Under the pieces are notes generated by a model that was not told the DNA's origin, did not search any database, and saw only the letters and a program-made list of their open reading frames with translations. A stretch of 49,349 bases of DNA, taken from a virus (lineage: Duplodnaviria; Heunggongvirae; Uroviricota; Caudoviricetes). Shown here in pieces: positions 47,260-49,349 of this stretch. The stretch lies in the IMG/VR virus record IMGVR_UViG_2529292718_000007; one strand, given 5' to 3'. Numbering within the stretch: the stretch's first letter is position 1; each line of letters opens with the position of its first letter. The position numbers were made by a program, and so were the translations under genes.

Positions 47260-47499
47260 ATGAACAATGAAGCATTTTCTCTGACTGAAGCCAGAGAGAT
47301 GTTATCTGTCTGGCGGGAAGCATATCGCGCTATTGCTATTGGCGGTCAGTCATATAAATTTGGTACGCGGCAGTTAACTCGTGCGGATTTATCAGAAGTC
47401 AGAAAAGAGATGGATTACTGGCGTAATGAAGTAGAAAGATTATCAGCAGGTGTACGCCGAGGCCCACGAATTAAACGAGTGGTGATAAGAGATTTATGA
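47260..47499 (+). CDS. Head-tail joining protein (lambda gpW-like)
   Basis: 79 aa between terminase and portal, as gpW in lambda-like head modules. Confidence 0.6.
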   Translation: MNNEAFSLTEAREMLSVWREAYRAIAIGGQSYKFGTRQLTRADLSEVRKEMDYWRNEVERLSAGVRRGPRIKRVVIRDL

Positions 47500-49070
47500 A
47501 TATTCTTGATCGAGTTATTGCGCCGTTTTCACCTCAGAGGGCATTAAATCGAGCTTTGGCAAGAAAACGGTTAGAAGCACTTGAAGGTATTAATAACCTT
47601 GGATATTCACGTCATGGTGCAAGCACTCATAAAAAATCATTAAGGGGTTGGTTTAGTAAAGCTGGTTCTCCTGATGATGATATTGTTAAAAATATAGATA
47701 AATTGCGTGAGCGTTCTCGTGATCTCTTCATGGGAAACCCGCTATCTGTTGGCGCAATAAAAACTATCAGGACAAACGTTGTTGGTTCCGGTTTAAAACT
47801 AAATGCGAACATTGATGCCGATTTCTTGGGGATGACGCAGGAAGAAGCGCGAGCATGGGAAAAGCATGTTGAGCGTGAGTTTAGATTATGGGCTGATTCT
47901 CCAAATTGTGATGCATCAAGAATGTGTACTTTTGGACAATTGCAATCATTGGTCCAAATATCTGCGTTAACATCTGGCGATATATTTGCTGCGCTACCAG
48001 TTATTAAGCGTAAGGGTGTTATATATGATTTGTGCGTCTATTTAATTGAAGGTGATCGTGTTTGCAATCCAGAGGATCGTTTTATACCAAATCTTTACGG
48101 TGGCGTAGAGGTTGGTGAATTTAGCGAGCCTGTGGCGTACTGGGTTGCAAAACATCACCCAGCCGGGACTTCTGGTTTTGTAACCCGCAAGTGGGAACGT
48201 ATTCCCGCATATGGGAGTAAAACAGGAAGAAGAAATATTCTGCATGTCATGCAGGATTTTGAAAGGCCTGGGCAACGCCGTGGCGTTCCTGTCCTTGCTC
48301 CTGTAATTGAAGCATTGAAGCAGTTAGGGCGATACACCGATGCTGAATTGGTTGCTGCGGTTGTGTCAGGGATGTTTACTGTCTTTATTAAAACAGACGC
48401 TCCTGATGGGCCAGTCGGTGAATCGGGTATCCCTCAGTACGAGCAGATCGATAACCATGATGATAACACCCAAGAAATGGGGAATGGCTCCATAGTAAGT
48501 TTGGGTGAAGGTGAGTCGATAGATACAGCAAATCCCGGGCGACCAAATACGGCATTTGATGGTTTTGTTGTCGCCATATGCCGTCAAATTGGGGCTGCTT
48601 TAGAACTCCCTTACGAACTCTTGGTAAAGCATTTTACAGCAAGTTATAGCGCAAGCAGGGCCGCATTACTTGAAGCCTGGAAAATGTTCCGTATGCGACG
48701 TGACTGGATGGTTCAGTCATTTTGCCAACCGATCTATGAGGAATGGTTGGCCGAAGCCGTTGCTAAAGGTCGTGTTATTGCCCCTGGTTTTTTTTATGGG
48801 CCTGAATATCGCGCTGCATGGAGTGGCGCTCAATGGTATGGCCCATCACAAGGCCAATTAGATCCTCTTAAAGAAGTCAAAGCTGCAAAACTGCGTGTTG
48901 AGGAAACATTCTCTACCCGTGAAAAAGAAGCGGCTGAAATGTCAGGTCTTAACTGGGAAGAAACCGCACAAATCTGTGGCAGAGAAGAGAATGCTCGCCG
49001 TGAGTTGGGGCTTATTACACCTCCTGTTTCTGAGGTAAATGAACAAAATATGGAGACTGATGATGCCTAA
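47496..49070 (+). CDS. Portal protein (lambda gpB family)
   Basis: 524 aa following terminase/gpW; C-terminal 240 aa repeated at 1..723 because the window wraps. Confidence 0.85.
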   Translation: MNILDRVIAPFSPQRALNRALARKRLEALEGINNLGYSRHGASTHKKSLRGWFSKAGSPDDDIVKNIDKLRERSRDLFMGNPLSVGAIKTIRTNVVGSGLKLNANIDADFLGMTQEEARAWEKHVEREFRLWADSPNCDASRMCTFGQLQSLVQISALTSGDIFAALPVIKRKGVIYDLCVYLIEGDRVCNPEDRFIPNLYGGVEVGEFSEPVAYWVAKHHPAGTSGFVTRKWERIPAYGSKTGRRNILHVMQDFERPGQRRGVPVLAPVIEALKQLGRYTDAELVAAVVSGMFTVFIKTDAPDGPVGESGIPQYEQIDNHDDNTQEMGNGSIVSLGEGESIDTANPGRPNTAFDGFVVAICRQIGAALELPYELLVKHFTASYSASRAALLEAWKMFRMRRDWMVQSFCQPIYEEWLAEAVAKGRVIAPGFFYGPEYRAAWSGAQWYGPSQGQLDPLKEVKAAKLRVEETFSTREKEAAEMSGLNWEETAQICGREENARRELGLITPPVSEVNEQNMETDDA

Positions 49071-49349
49071 TTGGTGGGAAATAAAAAATAGCACGGGTGA
49101 AGATGACTCTCCGGCTGAGCTTTTAATTTACGGGTATATTGGTGAATTTGATGAGGTTTCTTCTTCTGACATAGTTAATAAATTAAAGGATATTTCATCA
49201 AATACTATCAACGTAAAAATTAATAGTTATGGTGGTTCTGTTTTTACTGCTCAAGCTATTCTTTCATCATTAAAGCGTCATAAGGCGAATATTACGGTTT
49301 ATATCGACGGGATTGCTGCATCGGCTGCAACTATTATTGCAATGGCGGG

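Noticed and set aside
1-49349. CRISPR arrays, insertion sequences, integrons
   Set aside because: No regularly spaced short direct repeats with unique spacers and no transposase-like ORFs seen; the repeated elements found are the promoter modules and AT-rich palindromes described above.

Overview
The window is one complete, circularly presented genome of about 48.3 kb that looks like a temperate phage-plasmid: bases 1-1002 are identical to 48348-49349, so the unit length is 48,347 bp and the window simply wraps. All calls below come from reading the sequence and the supplied ORF track; protein families are assigned from recognisable motifs and gene order, with no database search run. Gene content on the + strand: a lambda-like packaging and head module (44245-3237, wrapping), then a Mu/P2-like contractile tail and baseplate module with tail fibre and fibre-assembly protein (3238-17781), and a convergent hexapeptide acetyltransferase cargo gene (17745-18308, minus strand). 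Maintenance functions follow: an IncFII-type RepA with a CopA-like antisense hairpin and a downstream origin-like region carrying a DnaA box, a HigB/HigA-like toxin-antitoxin pair, and a small ParA plus ParG-like partition operon. The immunity region has a CI-like repressor divergent from a Cro-like gene, with a separate antirepressor operon. Downstream are early and accessory genes (HNH nuclease, DUF1064, Q-like antiterminator, DUF3560, Ea22-like), a lysis cassette, a tRNA(CAU), an MT-A70 methyltransferase and three ParB-like nuclease-domain proteins. No integrase, CRISPR array or IS element was recognised. The most interesting signals are regulatory rather than a single new enzyme: a near-identical ~110 bp promoter-leader module present three times, a family of AT-rich palindromes at eight loci including the par operon, and a 17 bp palindromic operator that occurs both in the immunity region and directly upstream of repA. 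I could not identify a discrete novel defence system with confidence; the candidates are listed as findings.
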